Source: Ostrea edulis
Taxonomy: Eukaryota
Length of the DNA: 64,000 nt
Direction of reading: 5' to 3'
NCBI RefSeq assembly: GCF_947568905.1
Contig: NC_079164.1
Coordinates: forward strand, 39,060,001-39,124,000
This document shows, piece after piece, positions 61,384-64,000 of this stretch (position 1 is the stretch's first letter; the number at the start of each line of letters is the position of its first letter). The position numbers were made by a program, and so were the translations under genes. Below the pieces are notes generated by a model. That model ran no database searches. It saw only the letters and a list, made by a program, of their open reading frames with translations, and was not told the DNA's origin.

Positions 61384-61452
61384 CTGTGGGAATTTGGTGA
61401 TCATTCGATCTTTGGCAACATTGTTTGTAAGGATAGTTCTTCCAGCTGACAT
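61384..61452 (-). CDS. RAB34/RAB36: Rab34/36 first coding exon (exon extends to 61500 as 5'UTR)
   Basis: MSAGRTILTNNVAKDRMITKFPQ |gtaaaa; in-frame upstream TAA; acceptor atttacag at 61501; total CDS 795 nt = 264 aa. Confidence 0.85.
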
Positions 61453-61832
61453 CTTGTCTGTATTACTTTAGCGAATTTCTCCCCCTATAAAGTCTATATC
61501 CTGTAAATAAATACTTTTATGAAACATCACAAGTGCAAGTTTTGTCCTACATTGGCGATAAGTAGAGTTATAATTAACAATGTAAGTAAACTAGTTTTGA
61601 TAATGAATCGTTTTTAACACCTGTGATTATGAATCTAAACTTAGGGCTTAGGCCTAACACCTGTGAATCTACTTGAACTTGGTAAAACACTTAGCTAAAT
61701 ATTCACCTTGTTATATTTTGTCCTGTTTACTCTATTCAGTATAGTCTGTAAGATCTGAGCTCCTTGGTTTTGTCATTATAACCCACCCATTCATTCATTG
61801 TTCAGACTTAATCACGTTTCACAGTTATTTAA

Positions 61833-61840
61833 CCGGAAGT
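61833..61840 (+). promoter_or_regulatory. ETS/GABP-type motif CCGGAAGT in the probable Rab promoter region
   Basis: Exact consensus about 330 bp beyond the 5'UTR acceptor; a single short motif. Confidence 0.3.
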
Positions 61841-62696
61841 TGCAGCTAGGAACGCCTTCTTTGGTTAAGTCAAACGTTGATTGTGTAATTTTCGTACGTG
61901 AAATACGTGAATAACTTTGATATTAAAGACATCTAACGTTCAGGAAATGGCACCTCAAAACATTTGATTTACTAAATAAAAAAATATATTTGTAAGACAT
62001 TATTCATAATTTGTGACATTATTAAGTACGATTTATGAAAGAAAATAAGAACGTCAGTTAAACGTTTGAATAGTAGATGATTAGTACGATCCGTATAATG
62101 ACACAGATGCGAATTCAACACGTGCGCAGCACGATTCATTCTTTTTAGATTCAACATGGCTCCCAAAAAGAAGGGAACGGAAAGTATGGAAAATGAGAAA
62201 TGCTCTTTTGACCTCAATTCATAAAAAGAACATGTTATATTTATATCAAAACAGTCTATGGTTACGTCAATAAATAAAAATATGCTTCTCATCCGCGGAT
62301 AAATACATTATCGTAGTAAAAAGAGAGAAATTGTGAGAAGAAAGGGGGGGTTGGGGGGTTGATAGTGATTGGCAACCTAAAGATTTGAAAGAGAACAAAG
62401 TTTGCTTACAAATTAGTGCTTTGATTTGATAACAAGTTGCAATGTGTTTTTGAAATCTCATATATTCAGTTTGTCGTGCATCTCAGATATTAATGAATAA
62501 GATGGTCTCTTGTCTATAGTAAAAATATTTTGGCTTAATAAGAAGAACAAATGACTACAATTGCATGTATATTCTGCAGGAAGTTGTCAAGATTTATTGA
62601 TAAAAATCTTTATGATAAAATTTCACTATATAGTATCAGATTTCCATGATTGGCAACTAAAAGATAGTATTGTATTGCTATGTATTACTTTGAATT

Positions 62697-63347
62697 CTGT
62701 GGGGATCTGGGTTAGAATAGGTCCACAGTACCCCTTGTTTGTAAGAGGCGACTAAACAGTGATTTTTAAACACCCATTTTTGGTCTGAATAACGGCCCTT
62801 TCCCCTCCCCAAAAAGACCAATTTTTCCCCCCAAATTAACTAGCACTTTTCCCAATAATATAAACTGGCAAAAAACGTATTTGTTAAAAAATAAGTTCAA
62901 TGTGAATAGTTTATGTATTACATGACAAAGACGCATCAATTCTAGATGATTTAGAAAGAAAAGTCAAAAATTTTAAGAGCTTAAAGAAAAGAAAGTAAGT
63001 ATGTAAAATAAAGAAGAATGACAAAAATTTGTGTTTGATTTCTTGTTTGATATGATATATTTAGCATATTTACAATAATGACTAGGTTTTCCCAATTTGA
63101 TCAAAATGTAGTTTTCCTAATTCGAAAGCCACAGGACCCTTTTGAAAAATCACTGGTAAATGTGGCTGTCCTTCGGATGAGACTGCAAAAACCGAGCCTC
63201 CATGTCACAGCAGGTGTGGCACAATAAAGATCCCCCCCCCCCCCCCCCCCTTGCCAAAAGGCTGTAAGCGCTAAATTTTGCAGCTCTTCACCAGCAATGG
63301 TGATGTCTCCATATTAATGAAAAATGCTCGAGAGGGGTGTTAAACAA
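62697..63347 (+). mobile_element. SINE-like element (non-tRNA head) hit twice by the same MITE family
   Basis: ctgtggggatctgggttagaataggtcc...gtaagaggcgactaaa | ...cttcggatgagactgcaaaaaccgag...gtgtggcacaataaagatccc...ctcgagaggggtgttaaacaa. Confidence 0.8.
62757..63155. mobile_element. MITE with 11-bp TIRs and a 5-bp TSD (hAT5-like), copy 1
   Basis: cagtgattttt ... aaaaatcactg; flanks ctaaa and gtaaa. Confidence 0.8.
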
Positions 63348-63693
63348 CAGTGATTTTTTTAGGCCGAATTTTGGCCCTTTCCCCTCCTAAAAATTGCCAA
63401 TTTTTATTCCCAATTTAGCTTGCATTTTCCCCCAATAATAAAATTATGAAAGGAAAATGTATTTGAAAAAAATAAATATTCGATGTGAACTATATGCATA
63501 AGACTTAACAAAGAGTTATGGGAATGATGATTTGGATAGAATAGTTGAAAATTTTAGAAGGTTAAAGAAAATTAGAAGTGTAAAATAAAGATAAAATAAT
63601 GTTTGATATGATTTTAAAACTTATTTACTATAAAATTGATTTTCCCAATTTGAAAGCCACAGGACCCTTGTAAAAAACATAGAAAAATCACTG
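63348..63693. mobile_element. MITE with 11-bp TIRs and a 5-bp TSD (hAT5-like), copy 2
   Basis: cagtgattttt ... aaaaatcactg; flanks aacaa and aacaa; the interior is homologous to copy 1. Confidence 0.85.
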
Positions 63694-64000
63694 AACAATA
63701 TTAAATCAGACCTATTTACTCTCACGATTTCGCCGTATTTTGTATGGATTTTGAGTCCAAAATATGTCTCACATTTTCATATACAAGAATACGGAAATCC
63801 GTGAGTTTGCATTTTAGCTTTTACAGTTTCCTGTTTTTATCCGTATCCTTTTGATGCTTTACCAATTGCTCAAAAATGTGAGTTATAAAACGTCTTTGAT
63901 CATAACCAATAACGGAAACCCCGCGAATGAAGGCGAAGTAAGACCATCTTTGGAAATTTTCTCGGGTCTGTCTATGAAAAGAAGTACATCTACGTATGTT

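Noticed and set aside
23763-61452. NXN-Rab34 linkage as conserved synteny (both human genes are on chromosome 17)
   Set aside because: The human genes are on different arms; one gene pair cannot establish conserved microsynteny.

Overview
AT-rich, intron-containing eukaryotic DNA, most likely a bivalve of the oyster family (inferred from 166-bp HindIII/Cg170-type satellite monomers inside Helentron-type non-autonomous elements, and from oyster-like SINE and Penelope repeats). Two complete spliced genes were reconstructed by hand with consistent GT-AG phases. Nucleoredoxin (NXN) lies on + (7 coding exons, 23763-47606, 416 aa, two intact WCPPC motifs). A Rab34/Rab36 GTPase lies on - (9 coding exons, 61452-54598, 264 aa, ending CCNV) and is almost invisible in the ORF track. 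The two genes converge tail-to-tail. Two exons of a bivalve-type single-pass membrane protein lie at 3494-5115. The rest is repeats: decayed Penelope-like (probably Naiad-clade) retroelements, nested HINEs with satellite arrays, SINEs, MITEs (several with CAG..CTG ends and 5-bp TSDs), palindromes and two 40-bp intronic satellites. The most striking unexplained pattern is that local duplications repeatedly copy splice junctions: 5 of the 28 internal splice sites of the two genes plus the NXN stop codon. One case is an array of nine extra CAG|GTA junctions behind NXN exon 5 that looks like stacked recursive-splice sites. No database search or computation was possible; family names rest on recalled motifs.
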